From: Chloroflexota bacterium | GTDB taxonomy: Bacteria > Chloroflexota > Anaerolineae > Anaerolineales > Villigracilaceae | Length of the DNA: 46,864 bases | Assembly (NCBI GenBank): GCA_016208355.1 | Contig: JACQYE010000086.1 | Coordinates: 1 to 46,864 of the forward strand | Reading direction: 5' to 3' | In this document: one piece after another, positions 22,619 to 33,069 of the stretch | How the letters are laid out: every line of letters begins with the position of its first letter | How positions within the stretch are numbered: position 1 is the first letter of the stretch | The notes under the pieces: generated by a model | Databases searched by the model: none | Told to the model about the DNA's origin: nothing | The model's input: only the letters and a program-made list of their open reading frames with translations | Translations under genes and position numbers: made by a program

Positions 22619-24709
22619 CTACTGTTCTTCCGCCCCATTTTCGTCTTCGTCCGGTTCGAGCAGGACCTCGCGGTCGCGCCCCCCACCCGCGGAGGGGCCG
22701 ACTACCCCCGTCTCCTCCAACTGGTCGAGCAGCCGGGCGGCGCGCGGATAACCAATGTTCAACCGTCGCTGGAGCATGGAGGCGCTGGCGCGCCGCTCTT
22801 TCTTGAGCAAGGTGATGGCGCGCTCGATCAACACGTCATCGCCGGTCTTATCGTCCACCGCACTGACCATCGTCTCCCACGGAGGCGGAACATCCTTCTG
22901 CGGGACAGTCTTTTGCCAGTGAGCGATGAGACGCTCGATCTCCTGGTCTGTCACAATGACACCCTGGGCCCGAATTGGATTGCCCACTTCCGGGTTGAGG
23001 AAGAGCATGTCACCGCGCCCGAGCAGGGTCTCTGCGCCAGGCAGGTCGAGGATGACGCGGCTGTCCACACCCGAGGCCACCGAAAAAGCCAAACGCGACG
23101 GGAAGTCGTCAATCATGACGACGATGCGCGGCAGAGGCTGGACATCTTTGCGACGTTGGAGGCGGCGATTATAGGCATCCACATCACGGGCTTTGGCGGC
23201 TTCGAGCAATTTGTAACGGTGCTCCATCTCCACCACCACCCAACGCAGGACGCCCAGGATTCGCTGGACATCTGTTTCCACCTTGCCATACAAATGCGGC
23301 AGGCCGTTATAGCGGATCAACTCCACCATTTTAGAATCGATCAGCACCAGGCGCAGGTCTTCGGGCGCATTGTTCATCGCCAGGCAGGCCGCCAGGGCGG
23401 TAATGCAGACCGATTTGCCGGAGCCGGTTGTCCCGGCGATGAGCAAGTGCGGCATCCGCGCCAGGTCGGCCACCAGCGGGTTACCCGAGACATCGCGCCC
23501 GAGGGCGATTGCCAGTGGAGAGGCAACCTTGTAGAACGCATCCGTCTCCAGTAAGGGGCGCAGGCGCACCAGCGCGGACCTGGCATTTGGCACTTCAATC
23601 CCTACATATCCTCGTCCAGGGACCGGGGCTTCGATACGCAGACGTTCTGCAGAGAGCGCCAGGGCCAGATCTTTTTGCAGACTGGCGATCTGGGCCACGC
23701 GCACTTTCATTTGCTGGGCATCTTCTTCGACTCCCTTGCGAATGAACCCCGGCTGGACGGCAAACTGTGTCACAGTGGGGCCGATGCGGAAGCCAACCAC
23801 CTTGGCCGGGATGCCAAATTCGGACAGGGTTTTCTCGATAAGACCGGCAACTTGGTTGATCGTGCGTTCATCCGGTCGGACGGATTGCTCGCCCAACAAC
23901 AGATTGAATGGCGGCAGGCGGTCGCTGCGCGGTTGGGGTGCGGGAGGCGTTTTATCCTGCCGTTCAGGGACTTTGAAATTCTTGCGGAACTCAGGAGGCA
24001 GCGGCCTGCCTTTTTTGTCAGCCTGTTTTGCCAGGGAGCGAACCTCCGGCAACGGGGAGACCACAGGCGACTCAGACAAAGGGGAGGTGGATTCCGAATG
24101 AAGCGCGACAGGCTCCAGGTCCGCTGAAAGAGGTTCGCCTGCCTGCTGCAGGATCCAACGCTCGACATATCTCCAGAGACCGAAGGCTGTCAGGATGGAA
24201 AATCCCCAGAAGAGGAAGATCACTGCCCCACCCCAGATCGGACCCAGCAACTGCGCCAGCAACGAGGCAAGACCCCAGCCTACTTGTCCACCCCACATAC
24301 CCTGTTCGGCAGTGGAGAGTTGGTTCCCGCTGGCAACAGAAAACAGAGCCAGGGTCAGGAAAGCAGCCAGTTCGAATGCAATCACCCGTCCCCACTGAAC
24401 GCGTAACTCGCGGCGGGAGCGGCGGATGGCGTAAATGCCAAAAGCGACCGCGGAGGCCACCACAAATACGCTGCCCCATCCCAGGCCAATTTTCAAAAAC
24501 TCCACCCACAACTCCATCAGCGAGCCCTGGGAGAGACCGAACAGGCCGAGCAGGGTCATCAAGGCAAAAGCGAGCAGGAGGACGCCCAGAATGTCCCACA
24601 AAAAACGGCCAAAATGGGCCTGCAGGCGGGCAAGGCGGTCAAGAAAGCCGGAAGGATGGGGATTACCGGTGTGTTTTTCTTCGGGAGAGGCTGAGGTACG
24701 CGGAGGCAT
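22619..24709 (-). CDS. ftsK: DNA translocase FtsK/SpoIIIE family, with an apparent internal deletion in the motor domain
   Basis: N-terminal TM helices, linker, alpha/beta motor (LLIAGTTGSGKSVCI Walker A) and gamma wHTH (MLQRRLNIGYPRAARLLDQLEETGVV). The segment between IVVMIDDF and PSRLAFSVASGVDSRVILD that normally holds ATQRPS is absent. Confidence 0.85.
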   Translation of the reverse strand: MPPRTSASPEEKHTGNPHPSGFLDRLARLQAHFGRFLWDILGVLLLAFALMTLLGLFGLSQGSLMELWVEFLKIGLGWGSVFVVASAVAFGIYAIRRSRRELRVQWGRVIAFELAAFLTLALFSVASGNQLSTAEQGMWGGQVGWGLASLLAQLLGPIWGGAVIFLFWGFSILTAFGLWRYVERWILQQAGEPLSADLEPVALHSESTSPLSESPVVSPLPEVRSLAKQADKKGRPLPPEFRKNFKVPERQDKTPPAPQPRSDRLPPFNLLLGEQSVRPDERTINQVAGLIEKTLSEFGIPAKVVGFRIGPTVTQFAVQPGFIRKGVEEDAQQMKVRVAQIASLQKDLALALSAERLRIEAPVPGRGYVGIEVPNARSALVRLRPLLETDAFYKVASPLAIALGRDVSGNPLVADLARMPHLLIAGTTGSGKSVCITALAACLAMNNAPEDLRLVLIDSKMVELIRYNGLPHLYGKVETDVQRILGVLRWVVVEMEHRYKLLEAAKARDVDAYNRRLQRRKDVQPLPRIVVMIDDFPSRLAFSVASGVDSRVILDLPGAETLLGRGDMLFLNPEVGNPIRAQGVIVTDQEIERLIAHWQKTVPQKDVPPPWETMVSAVDDKTGDDVLIERAITLLKKERRASASMLQRRLNIGYPRAARLLDQLEETGVVGPSAGGGRDREVLLEPDEDENGAEEQ

Positions 24710-24726
24710 GAAGCAGGTTTATCCTG

Positions 24727-25656
24727 TTAGATCAATTTCATCGAAAGCCCCAGGCGTTGACGAGGGGCATCCACCTGGAGGACGCGCACCTGAACCGCCT
24801 GGCCGGGAGTAAGGAAGGATTGGATCGTCGTGTTGGCAGGCATGGGAATTTCCGATGTGTGGATGAGGCCTTCCAGTCCTTCTTCCAACCGGGCAAACGC
24901 CCCAAAGGGGACAAGCGCCGTGATCACCGCCGGGACGATGGAGTTCACTGGGTAATGGGCTTCAGCTGTCTCCCAGGGGTTGGCCAAAAGGCGCTTGAGA
25001 CTGAGGGCGATGCGGCAGCGTTCGGGGGCAATCTCCAAGACAACCACCTCGATACGCTGCCCGACTTGTAATACCTGGCCAGGGTGAGCCACTCGCCCCC
25101 ATGAAAGTTCGGAGATGTGAATAAGTCCTTCCACCCCACCCAGATCCACGAAAGCGCCAAAGTCTGTGACATTGGTCACTTCGCCCACCACGCGCTGACC
25201 GGGCTGGAGCGAAGTGAAAATCTCGGTGCGTTTGCCGGCAGCCGCGCGGGCGGCGCGTTCCGAAAAGACCACACGGTCTTCGTCCGGGACACATTCGATG
25301 ACCTTCAGGTTGAGGCTCTGGCCTAAATATATAGTAAAACATTCGTCCCGACGTTCTTCTTCCGCCTGGGCAGGAAGATTTACCAGGTGAGAGCACGGAA
25401 CAAAACCGCTCAACCCCTCGCCTTCCACCAACAACCCGCCCCGGTTGTAGCCAGTAACGTTGAGAGTAACGATCCCGTCCTCACGGTACAACTGCTTGGC
25501 TCGTTCCCAATCCACCGGTTGGACAAGTTTCTTCGGCTCTTCTTTCGGAGACCTGGCAGTCTGTGCGGCCAGGTCCTCATCTTCCGCTAGCACCGAATCC
25601 CACCAGCCATCGTCGAGAAATGGGGAATCGGGTTCAGAAATCGCTTTAGTGACCAT
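24727..25656 (-). CDS. S1 RNA-binding domain protein (three S1 repeats)
   Basis: GQRVVGEVTNVTDFGAFVDLGGVEGLIHISELSW and two further S1-like repeats. TAATG overlap with the upstream gene. Confidence 0.85.
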   Translation of the reverse strand: MVTKAISEPDSPFLDDGWWDSVLAEDEDLAAQTARSPKEEPKKLVQPVDWERAKQLYREDGIVTLNVTGYNRGGLLVEGEGLSGFVPCSHLVNLPAQAEEERRDECFTIYLGQSLNLKVIECVPDEDRVVFSERAARAAAGKRTEIFTSLQPGQRVVGEVTNVTDFGAFVDLGGVEGLIHISELSWGRVAHPGQVLQVGQRIEVVVLEIAPERCRIALSLKRLLANPWETAEAHYPVNSIVPAVITALVPFGAFARLEEGLEGLIHTSEIPMPANTTIQSFLTPGQAVQVRVLQVDAPRQRLGLSMKLI

Positions 25657-27584
25657 TAATGCCCAGCCTCCTTCCCGTTATCTTTCTGCATATTGCGCTC
25701 CATTTCGAGGAGTGCGCGCCCCACCTCTTCAATTGCCACCCGTTGTTTACGATACAAATCAGCCTCCGACATTGCCAGGCGCGTTGCCACATCGCGGACT
25801 TTGCGCCCCTCGATGAACTTCATTTCCAAAATATTGAATAAGATCCACTCGCCAGTAAACCTGCGTTCCCCTTCCGGGCGGACGGAGTCCACTGCCTGGC
25901 GCAGGATGGCGCGCAGGGCATTGGCAGGATTATCGTTGTGTTCCCGGGCAGTTTGCTGGACAATCTGGAGTTGCAGAAGCGGACTCTGGGTAAGCTTCGG
26001 CCCACCCCAGTAATGAGTCAGGGCATCCTTCACCCAGGAAGCCAGGTCTGATTCGGGCGGAAGGACTTCCTGCAGCATGGTCGTCTTGCTGTCATAGCGT
26101 CCCACAGCCCGCAGACGCTGGAACATATCCACTTGCGGATTGAGGTCTTCAAGTGAACGGAAGACGCGTTGCTGCAGACGACGGTCACGCAGGGCTAACA
26201 CCGCCCGGCGGAGCAGGAGCCGCAGTGCTTGTCGCTGGTCGGGAGAGATTACCTGACCTGGTCGTCGAGTAACCCCAAGAATGCCCAGTAAAACGGGTTG
26301 TCCCTCGTCCGTCTCGGGAGGCTGATGGAGTGGGAAAATCCAGTAGTCACCCCAGGTATATTCGTCGCCATTATTCCCGTTCTCGCCGACCAACTGCAAA
26401 GCCTCGTCGAGGTTTGCATTCTTCAACAGCGGAGCATTGCCTGTGGCAACAATCAGGGAAAGGTCTTCTTCATCCAATGCGGCGACAAAGGCAGATAGCG
26501 ACTGCAAGTGGTCGCGCACGGCTGCCAGAACTGCCTCGAGGAACTGACGCAGGTCATTCTGGGTAATGAGGCGGTCTTCCAGGCTTTGCAGGAGGGCCAG
26601 ATCGTCGCGGTCGCGGCCGAAGAAGATGAGCCGGTCCCAGAGCGGCGCGACAAGTGTAATGGTATGTTCCATCAACAAGACGGTTGCCACCATCGCAGTT
26701 GGGACTGCGCCTGAATAGACCACTCCGAAGAATTCACCCAGGCGGCGGACAATCGTCATGACGCCGAGCGCCACCGAAGCGGTTACCGGACCTCGCATCA
26801 GCCATTTGAACAACTTGCTGCGCACCACCCGGTCGGGCCAGGAAACGCCAAAAAAGGCCACGGCATAAGCCATGACAACAATCAATGCCCCCTCCAATGT
26901 GTTACTGACCAGCGCCATCCCCCAGAACAAGTAGGGGTGTTCCCCGGCCAGGCTCGAACCATACAACAGGTAAGGAAATGAGCCAAGCGCCGGAGCCGTG
27001 GCGCCTGCCAGAAGGTAGATCATCCGGCGGCGGCCCGAACGTGTAAGAGTATGATTATACGCACGCCCGAAGTTGATCCACGCCAGCACCATGACCAGGG
27101 CGTAATACCCGGTAAAGACCTCTGTCCAGATAGTGCGCTGGAGATGCGGCGCAGGCTGACCATCCATGACCAGCGGCCCAAGCAAGTATCCCAACGATAA
27201 GAGCAGGAGGAACCCCGCCGAGACCAGGTACAACAGTCGTACCAGCCAACGGCGGCGGAGGCGAGAGATCATCCCGCTCGTCACCATCAGGGCATCTGAA
27301 AGGTGCAGGTAAGCCGCGGGGAGAAAAACGATGCCGATCCATTCCAACCGCAGGAAAAGGGTGATCGTCTCCTCTGTCAGAGCCGAACTTTCCAGTGCCT
27401 CGGAAGTAAAAACAACCACCACGCACAATAGGATTAAAGCAAAGGAACGCGCCACGCGGTCGCGCAAATTGAAAGAGAGCGAATACAGGAACAACGAAAA
27501 GGCCGTGATGGCAATCCCGGCAGTGAGAATTTGATTGATCGTGATTATCCCCACCAGTAATTGCTGCAACCAACCGTTAAACAT
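25656..27584 (-). CDS. membrane-bound regulator: 7TM sensor-type N-terminal domain, GAF-like middle, sigma-70 region-4-like HTH C-terminus
   Basis: About 300 aa of TM helices resembling the HisKA_7TM type. C-terminus WILFNILEMKFIEGRKVRDVATRLAMSEADLYRKQRVAIEEVGRALLEME resembles a region-4 HTH. ATG 27584 has a GAAGG Shine-Dalgarno; the track ORF starts at TTG 27602. Confidence 0.65.
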   Translation of the reverse strand: MFNGWLQQLLVGIITINQILTAGIAITAFSLFLYSLSFNLRDRVARSFALILLCVVVVFTSEALESSALTEETITLFLRLEWIGIVFLPAAYLHLSDALMVTSGMISRLRRRWLVRLLYLVSAGFLLLLSLGYLLGPLVMDGQPAPHLQRTIWTEVFTGYYALVMVLAWINFGRAYNHTLTRSGRRRMIYLLAGATAPALGSFPYLLYGSSLAGEHPYLFWGMALVSNTLEGALIVVMAYAVAFFGVSWPDRVVRSKLFKWLMRGPVTASVALGVMTIVRRLGEFFGVVYSGAVPTAMVATVLLMEHTITLVAPLWDRLIFFGRDRDDLALLQSLEDRLITQNDLRQFLEAVLAAVRDHLQSLSAFVAALDEEDLSLIVATGNAPLLKNANLDEALQLVGENGNNGDEYTWGDYWIFPLHQPPETDEGQPVLLGILGVTRRPGQVISPDQRQALRLLLRRAVLALRDRRLQQRVFRSLEDLNPQVDMFQRLRAVGRYDSKTTMLQEVLPPESDLASWVKDALTHYWGGPKLTQSPLLQLQIVQQTAREHNDNPANALRAILRQAVDSVRPEGERRFTGEWILFNILEMKFIEGRKVRDVATRLAMSEADLYRKQRVAIEEVGRALLEMERNMQKDNGKEAGH

Positions 27585-27602
27585 GCAACCCTTCCATAAC
27601 AA

Positions 27603-28142
27603 CTAACCGATTGAGCGCGCAAAGAAGAGGGCAATATCCTGCGTCTCGTAGTATGCAACATTATACCCGGAGAAATCAAAACCGAGTTTTTGCGCCAACC
27701 GGATCGCCGGGACATTTTTGGTGGTCATCTCCATCATCATCCGGTTATTCTTGCGATTAACCGCCCAGGTCTGTGCGGCCAGGACCAGCGTGGTGGCAAT
27801 CCCCTGGCGGCGATAACGCGGCGAAACGACAATGTCCGTCAGCAGGGCAGTATGCGGGATGTTTGTGTCGTTCATCCGCACATATCCAACGACTGTCCCC
27901 CCCACCAGAGCAATGAGCACCCCCGAACGGCGGCTCCACGATTCAGACAAGGCAGCAACAGGACGCGGGTACGAAATGGTCACCGAACGGGGCAGTCGAA
28001 TTTCCCGGAAGAATACTGTTGTCTGCGTCTCTTCGCGCTGGACGTCCATCTGCCAGACGTAATCCGTCTGGCAGGAATGGTCAATAGACATCAGAGCAGT
28101 TACATCAGTGGCTACAGCAGGGCGTATCTGGACCTCGGGCAT
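27603..28142 (-). CDS. GNAT-family N-acetyltransferase
   Basis: VVSPRYRRQGIATTLVLAAQTWA (acetyl-CoA-binding R-x-x-G-x-A motif) and the ...KNVPAIRLAQKLGF tail. Confidence 0.85.
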   Translation of the reverse strand: MPEVQIRPAVATDVTALMSIDHSCQTDYVWQMDVQREETQTTVFFREIRLPRSVTISYPRPVAALSESWSRRSGVLIALVGGTVVGYVRMNDTNIPHTALLTDIVVSPRYRRQGIATTLVLAAQTWAVNRKNNRMMMEMTTKNVPAIRLAQKLGFDFSGYNVAYYETQDIALFFARSIG

Positions 28143-28150
28143 GGCTTTCC

Positions 28151-28831
28151 TCACGGTTTCAAGACGCGTATCGGAATAACACACGCAGGCAAAGCCTGCC
28201 CCTGGTTATCGGTCACCACCAGGCGCAGGAGATAATCACCGGCTGTCAGCTCCGACGTGTCCCAATCGCCCAGATCTGCCTCCTGCTTCGCGTCCCGCCC
28301 GGCCTGGATGGTGATCCAAATATCCGTCCCGGCAAGAGCAAACTCGTATTTATAGAACCCGAAGTTGGGGATATCGGCGGTCCCTTTCAGGGTAATCTTT
28401 CCCCTGACCTGGTCGCCCGGCTTGGGCGAGGTGATCATGATCTGGCCAGGGATGCAGCCGGAGGCTACGGTAGTGGCAGTTGCCCCCGGTGTAGCAGCAT
28501 TGATCGTTGCCATGATCTCCGGCGGAATCGTGCTGGTAGGAAGCGCAGCAAGGTTGTTGGTCGGCGTGGGAAGTGTCAGGAGGGCCGGCAGCGCCGGGAC
28601 CAGGAAAACCACCAAGACGAACTCAGCCAGGGCGAGCAAGCCAATCGAAACCAACGCGGCCACAGACTGGCCATGATGGCGTCGCGCCAGTTCCACCTCC
28701 AGACCGAAAACAGCCTCGCGCTGTTCGCGCCGCGCCCGTCCAAAACGGCGAATGGCAAACAGCACTGCAACCAATAGAAGCAGGTATATCAGGACAACAT
28801 AGTCGGCAAAGAACTGTATAACAGCAGCCAT
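28151..28831 (-). CDS. two-TM membrane-anchored protein with C-terminal beta-sandwich (Ig-like) domain, unknown function
   Basis: MAAVIQFFADYVVLIYLLLLVAVLF TM, second TM, Pro/Thr linker, then ITSPKPGDQVRGKITLKGTA...LTAGDYLLRLVVTDNQG. Confidence 0.55.
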   Translation of the reverse strand: MAAVIQFFADYVVLIYLLLLVAVLFAIRRFGRARREQREAVFGLEVELARRHHGQSVAALVSIGLLALAEFVLVVFLVPALPALLTLPTPTNNLAALPTSTIPPEIMATINAATPGATATTVASGCIPGQIMITSPKPGDQVRGKITLKGTADIPNFGFYKYEFALAGTDIWITIQAGRDAKQEADLGDWDTSELTAGDYLLRLVVTDNQGQALPACVIPIRVLKP

Positions 28832-28841
28832 TCCACCCCAG

Positions 28842-29672
28842 CTAGAGCGTTTGCAGAATCCCGCGCAGGAGCGTCTCGAGTTTTGGAACGAGGATCCGCC
28901 CGGCTTCGAGCACCTCTTCGTGCGAGGTGGCGGTATCCCCGTCAAGGTTGGCTTTATTGCTGATCCCGGAGAAACCCAGCACCCGGGTCCCGCCGTGCCG
29001 GGCGACGATCACCTCCGAGACGGTGGACATACCCACCGCGTCCGCCCCGGCCACATGCAGGAAGCGCAGGTCCGCCGGGCTTTCAAAGGACGGGCCACTC
29101 AACCCCGCATAAACACCTTCCCGCAACAATACCCCTTTCTCGTGCGCCACCTTGCGCGCCGATGCGCACAACTGGCGGTCGTAGGCTTGGCTCATATCCG
29201 GGAAACGCGGGCCGAATTCCTCTAGGTTGGGACCAATAAGCGGGTTCAGGCCTGACATCCCCGCTAGGTTTAGGTTGTCGGTGATGAGCATAACGTCACC
29301 GGGAACGAAATCGGGATTGATGGCACCGGCGGCATTGGTCACAACCAGGATTTCAATCCCTAGCCGCTGCATGACGCGCACCGGGAGCGTCACCTGTTGC
29401 ATGGTGTATCCTTCATAAAAATGAATGCGTCCCTGCATCACAAGGGCGGGTTGATTCTCCAGGTCGCCAACAACCAGCCGCCCGGTGTGGCCGACGACTG
29501 TGGAAACCGGCCAATCCGGCAGGCTAGCATATGGGATCATCACCGGGGAATTAACGGCTTCCGCCAAGTCTCCCAGCCCTGTACCCAGAATCATGCCAAT
29601 GCGGGGCTGGGTTTTCGTTTTTGAACGCACCGCAGCCGCGATCCGGTCAATGGTTTGCATCGTAATCTGCAT
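28842..29672 (-). CDS. purine nucleoside phosphorylase (trimeric PNP/MTAP family)
   Basis: IGMILGTGLGDLA, GHTGRLVVG, QGRIHFYEGY, VTNAAGAINP, EGVYAGLSGPSFESPAE, GMSTVSEV. GGGAGA Shine-Dalgarno before the ATG at 29672; the track ORF starts at TTG 29696. Confidence 0.9.
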   Translation of the reverse strand: MQITMQTIDRIAAAVRSKTKTQPRIGMILGTGLGDLAEAVNSPVMIPYASLPDWPVSTVVGHTGRLVVGDLENQPALVMQGRIHFYEGYTMQQVTLPVRVMQRLGIEILVVTNAAGAINPDFVPGDVMLITDNLNLAGMSGLNPLIGPNLEEFGPRFPDMSQAYDRQLCASARKVAHEKGVLLREGVYAGLSGPSFESPADLRFLHVAGADAVGMSTVSEVIVARHGGTRVLGFSGISNKANLDGDTATSHEEVLEAGRILVPKLETLLRGILQTL

Positions 29673-29756
29673 ATTCGGTCTCCCAAAATTAGTCAATGTG
29701 CGCCCGAATTATATCCCATCTCCCAAAAAGGATTGTAAATTAGAAACTCCTGTGCT

Positions 29757-32036
29757 ATGCTTCCGACCAGCATGAACGAACAACCTGCCTTCAAAGAAAT
29801 ACCGAAAAAGCACTTTCTTTCCGGACTGCGGCGCTGGTTTAATAGATTTATGCCATCCTTGCGCCAGGAAAATCGCACGTTGCGAGAAAAGATCGTCGAG
29901 CAGGAAAATCAGATCCGCGTGTTGAATGATTTGCTGGGGTCAGAGGAGAAACATTCCTCCCAGTTGCAATTACTGAGCGAAGTGGAACAAATCCTGAAAT
30001 CAATTCTCGATATACCAGTATCCGCGCAATTGGTGGTCAACGCCATACAACATGCTTTCCATCCTGGGATAGCGGTGGTAATGCTCTATGATGCCGAACA
30101 GAAAGAATTCTCGTCCCTGGCAGTGTCTGGGGAAAAGTTGGCGTTTCCCCTGCCTTCCTACCGCCAACGTGCTGGCGAAGGCCTGATCGGGCGCGCCGCT
30201 AACGAAAAAAAGGCTGTTCTCTCGAATGATACCGGCAAAGACCCGGATTTTATCCCAGTAGAAAACCGAACTTTTTTCTCCGAAATTGTTGTGCCATTCA
30301 TCCAGCACGGACAAGTCAAGGGCGCCCTGATCGTAGGTGACGAAAAAATAGCAGCGTTCAGCACGACAGACGTTTCAACTCTGGAAATCGTTGGCGAACA
30401 ATTGCTGAACGCCTGGGAACGTTACAGCTACCACGAGCGCCTCACCCACTTTATCCAAGAGGGAACGAAACAATCAACGCTGGTGGAAACGCAAGCAGTC
30501 ATCGAGCACGTTGCCAAAACTGCTTTGGAAATATTGGAAGCTCGCTTCACTTTTATGACACTACTCGACCAGGAAGGTAGTTTCACCCGCACCGCACATT
30601 CGGGGAATGCACCCCAACTACTCCGTTCCCTGCGCAAAAATCCGGAAAATGACCCGCTCATCCAAACTGTTCTCAACGCCTCTCAGGTCTTGCATTTGCG
30701 TGATATTCGAAAAGAAGGCATCACCACCCACTTGAGGGCGGACCGCAGCGCGCTGACGAATTTGCTCGCCTTTCCCGTTCGCCTGCATAATATGAGCATT
30801 GGGGTCCTCCTGGTTTTCGGCAAACGAGGGCAGGATGTTTTCTCGGAAAATGACGAGTCACTGATTGAACTGATCGCCACCCAGGCTGCGGCTGCCATCG
30901 AAAGCGCCTGGCTCTACCAGGAACTGCGCTCCACTCTGCAGACCGCCACCCAGCTATACCAACTCAGCACCCGGATCATGCAGGCCGAAAACCTCACCCA
31001 GGCTGCAGAAGCCATCGCCGAAACTGCGTTTCGCCTCGGCCAAGCCTCCTTGACTGGCATAGTCCTGCACACGCCCGACGGGCAGGTACAGGCCGAAGTC
31101 GAAGTGGATATAGATGGGACCCAGGCAGGCACATCCCATCCAACCCACCTCATCGAACAGGCCATCCAAACCGGTCAGACTGTCATCGTCGCCGACGACC
31201 GGTTCGCCAGCAAAATCTGCATCCCGCTCCAGACCCCGCATCGCACCTATGGAGCTTTGTGGCTCGACATACCCGAAGGGCGCTGGTACAAAGCGCGCTA
31301 CTCAGCCAACCTGCATACCCTGACCAACCAGGCCATCGTTGCCCTCGAACGCTCCATCCTGCTTACACAAACCCGCAACCAGGCCCGTCAACTCGAAGAG
31401 GCCCTGCGCGAACTCGAACAATCCTACGACAAAACCCTGGCCGCACTAATCTCGGCTTTGGACGCCCGCGACCGGGAAACCGAAGGACACAGTAACCGGG
31501 TCAGCACCGTGGCCTGCCGCCTAGGGGAGAAAGTCGGACTCACTGCCCACCAGGGAAAAGCCCTGGAGCGCGGCAGTCTCCTGCATGATATCGGAAAGAT
31601 AGGCATCGCGGATGCCATCCTGCTCAAACCCGGGCCCCTGACCGGCGAGGAATGGCAGGCCATGCGCCAGCATCCGGAGATCGGGGCGCGCATTGTGGAA
31701 ATGGTCCCTTTTCTGGCCGATACCATCCCCATCATACGCTACCACCACGAGCGCTGGGACGGCTCCGGTTATCCCATCGGCTTGGCCGGTGACGAAATCC
31801 CGGTGCTGGCGCGCATCTTCGCCGTTGCGGATGCTTTCGACGCGTTGATCAGCGACCGGCCCTATCGCAAAGGCACCACCGAAAAAGCCGCCATCGAATA
31901 CCTGCGGGAACAATCCGGCATCCTCTTTGACCCCAAAATTGTCGCCATTTTTATCAACATGCTCGAGGAAGGTTGCTTCAAAGACGTGCTGCGGAAACTG
32001 AAAAGCCCGGCAAAACCGCAGTCTGAAACTACCTGA
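29757..32036 (+). CDS. multi-GAF HD-GYP domain protein (putative c-di-GMP phosphodiesterase)
   Basis: N-terminal coiled coil, three GAF-like blocks, then HSNRVSTVA...[10 protein letters not shown]...[14 protein letters not shown]. Start is either ATG 29757 or ATG 29772. Confidence 0.85.
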   Translation: MLPTSMNEQPAFKEIPKKHFLSGLRRWFNRFMPSLRQENRTLREKIVEQENQIRVLNDLLGSEEKHSSQLQLLSEVEQILKSILDIPVSAQLVVNAIQHAFHPGIAVVMLYDAEQKEFSSLAVSGEKLAFPLPSYRQRAGEGLIGRAANEKKAVLSNDTGKDPDFIPVENRTFFSEIVVPFIQHGQVKGALIVGDEKIAAFSTTDVSTLEIVGEQLLNAWERYSYHERLTHFIQEGTKQSTLVETQAVIEHVAKTALEILEARFTFMTLLDQEGSFTRTAHSGNAPQLLRSLRKNPENDPLIQTVLNASQVLHLRDIRKEGITTHLRADRSALTNLLAFPVRLHNMSIGVLLVFGKRGQDVFSENDESLIELIATQAAAAIESAWLYQELRSTLQTATQLYQLSTRIMQAENLTQAAEAIAETAFRLGQASLTGIVLHTPDGQVQAEVEVDIDGTQAGTSHPTHLIEQAIQTGQTVIVADDRFASKICIPLQTPHRTYGALWLDIPEGRWYKARYSANLHTLTNQAIVALERSILLTQTRNQARQLEEALRELEQSYDKTLAALISALDARDRETEGHSNRVSTVACRLGEKVGLTAHQGKALERGSLLHDIGKIGIADAILLKPGPLTGEEWQAMRQHPEIGARIVEMVPFLADTIPIIRYHHERWDGSGYPIGLAGDEIPVLARIFAVADAFDALISDRPYRKGTTEKAAIEYLREQSGILFDPKIVAIFINMLEEGCFKDVLRKLKSPAKPQSETT

Positions 32037-33060
32037 CCGCCTCGCCAAACGCTTTGATTGCCGCCTCCACCCCTGCATCATCAATCCAATAATGCAGCAC
32101 CAGCCGGAATTGTCGCGACCCCGTCACCCCGGCCAGCACTCCGTTTCCTTTGAGTCGGGCCGCCAGTTCCTGGGCGGAATATGGGACAGACTCCCCCACC
32201 GATAAAAAGACCATGTTCGTCGCCGGTTCGCCCACTTCGAGACCCGGAATCTGCCTCAGCCCATCGGCCAAATTCTTTGCCCGGGCATGGTCTTCCGCCA
32301 ACCGCAGGGTCATCTTTTCCAGGGCGATGATCCCCGCTGCTGCCAGAATCCCGGCCTGGCGCATGCCGCCGCCCAGCATCTTGCGGATGCGGTGCGCTTT
32401 CTTGATGAATTCCTGTGACCCGCACAACACCGAACCGACCGGCGCGCACAACCCCTTGCTCAGACAAAACATAACCGAGTCCGCCGGCCCGGTCAACTTC
32501 TTCACGTCAATCCCTTGCGCGGCGGACGCGTTGAACACCCGCGCTCCGTCCAGGTGGACAGCCAGTCCGCGCTCGTGGGCAAACTCCGCCACCTGGCCGG
32601 TATACTCAGGAGTCTGAAACGTCCCGCCGCAGCGATTGTGGGTATTTTCCAGGCAGATGAGCCGGGAGATGGGATCATGCGGGTCGTCCGGACGAATAGC
32701 AGCTTCGACATCTTCCAGCGCCAGCGAACCGTCCGGCCGGTTTGGCAACTGGCACGAGTGGACGCCCCCCAGCGCCGAGACACCGCCAGCCTCGAACAGG
32801 AAAGTGTGCGCCTTGTTGCCAACGATGACCTCGTCGCCGCGCCCACAATGAGCCAGGACTGCGGCAAGGTTGCCCATCGTCCCGGAAGACACGAAAAGCC
32901 CGGCTTCCTTGCCTGTCTTTTCGGCAGCCAACGCCTGCAAGCGGTTGACCGTGGGGTCCTCACCGTACACGTCATCGCCGACTTCGGCTTTTGCCATCGC
33001 CTCCCGCATCTCGGGTGTGGGTTTGGTGACGGTGTCGGAACGGAGGTCAATGTACTCCAT
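32029..33060 (-). CDS. ltaE: low-specificity L-threonine aldolase
   Basis: [42 protein letters not shown]... and the PLP lysine region FCLSKGL. Confidence 0.9.
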   Translation of the reverse strand: MEYIDLRSDTVTKPTPEMREAMAKAEVGDDVYGEDPTVNRLQALAAEKTGKEAGLFVSSGTMGNLAAVLAHCGRGDEVIVGNKAHTFLFEAGGVSALGGVHSCQLPNRPDGSLALEDVEAAIRPDDPHDPISRLICLENTHNRCGGTFQTPEYTGQVAEFAHERGLAVHLDGARVFNASAAQGIDVKKLTGPADSVMFCLSKGLCAPVGSVLCGSQEFIKKAHRIRKMLGGGMRQAGILAAAGIIALEKMTLRLAEDHARAKNLADGLRQIPGLEVGEPATNMVFLSVGESVPYSAQELAARLKGNGVLAGVTGSRQFRLVLHYWIDDAGVEAAIKAFGEAVR

Positions 33061-33069
33061 AAAGAACTC

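Noticed and set aside
22586-23554. 322-aa plus-strand ORF
   Set aside because: It lies antisense to ftsK and shows no recognisable motifs.
29733-29761. TTGTAA-17-TATGCT upstream of or overlapping the HD-GYP start, which would imply a near-leaderless mRNA starting at ATG 29772
   Set aside because: The hexamers are weak and the element overlaps the alternative ATG at 29757. This is too speculative to call.
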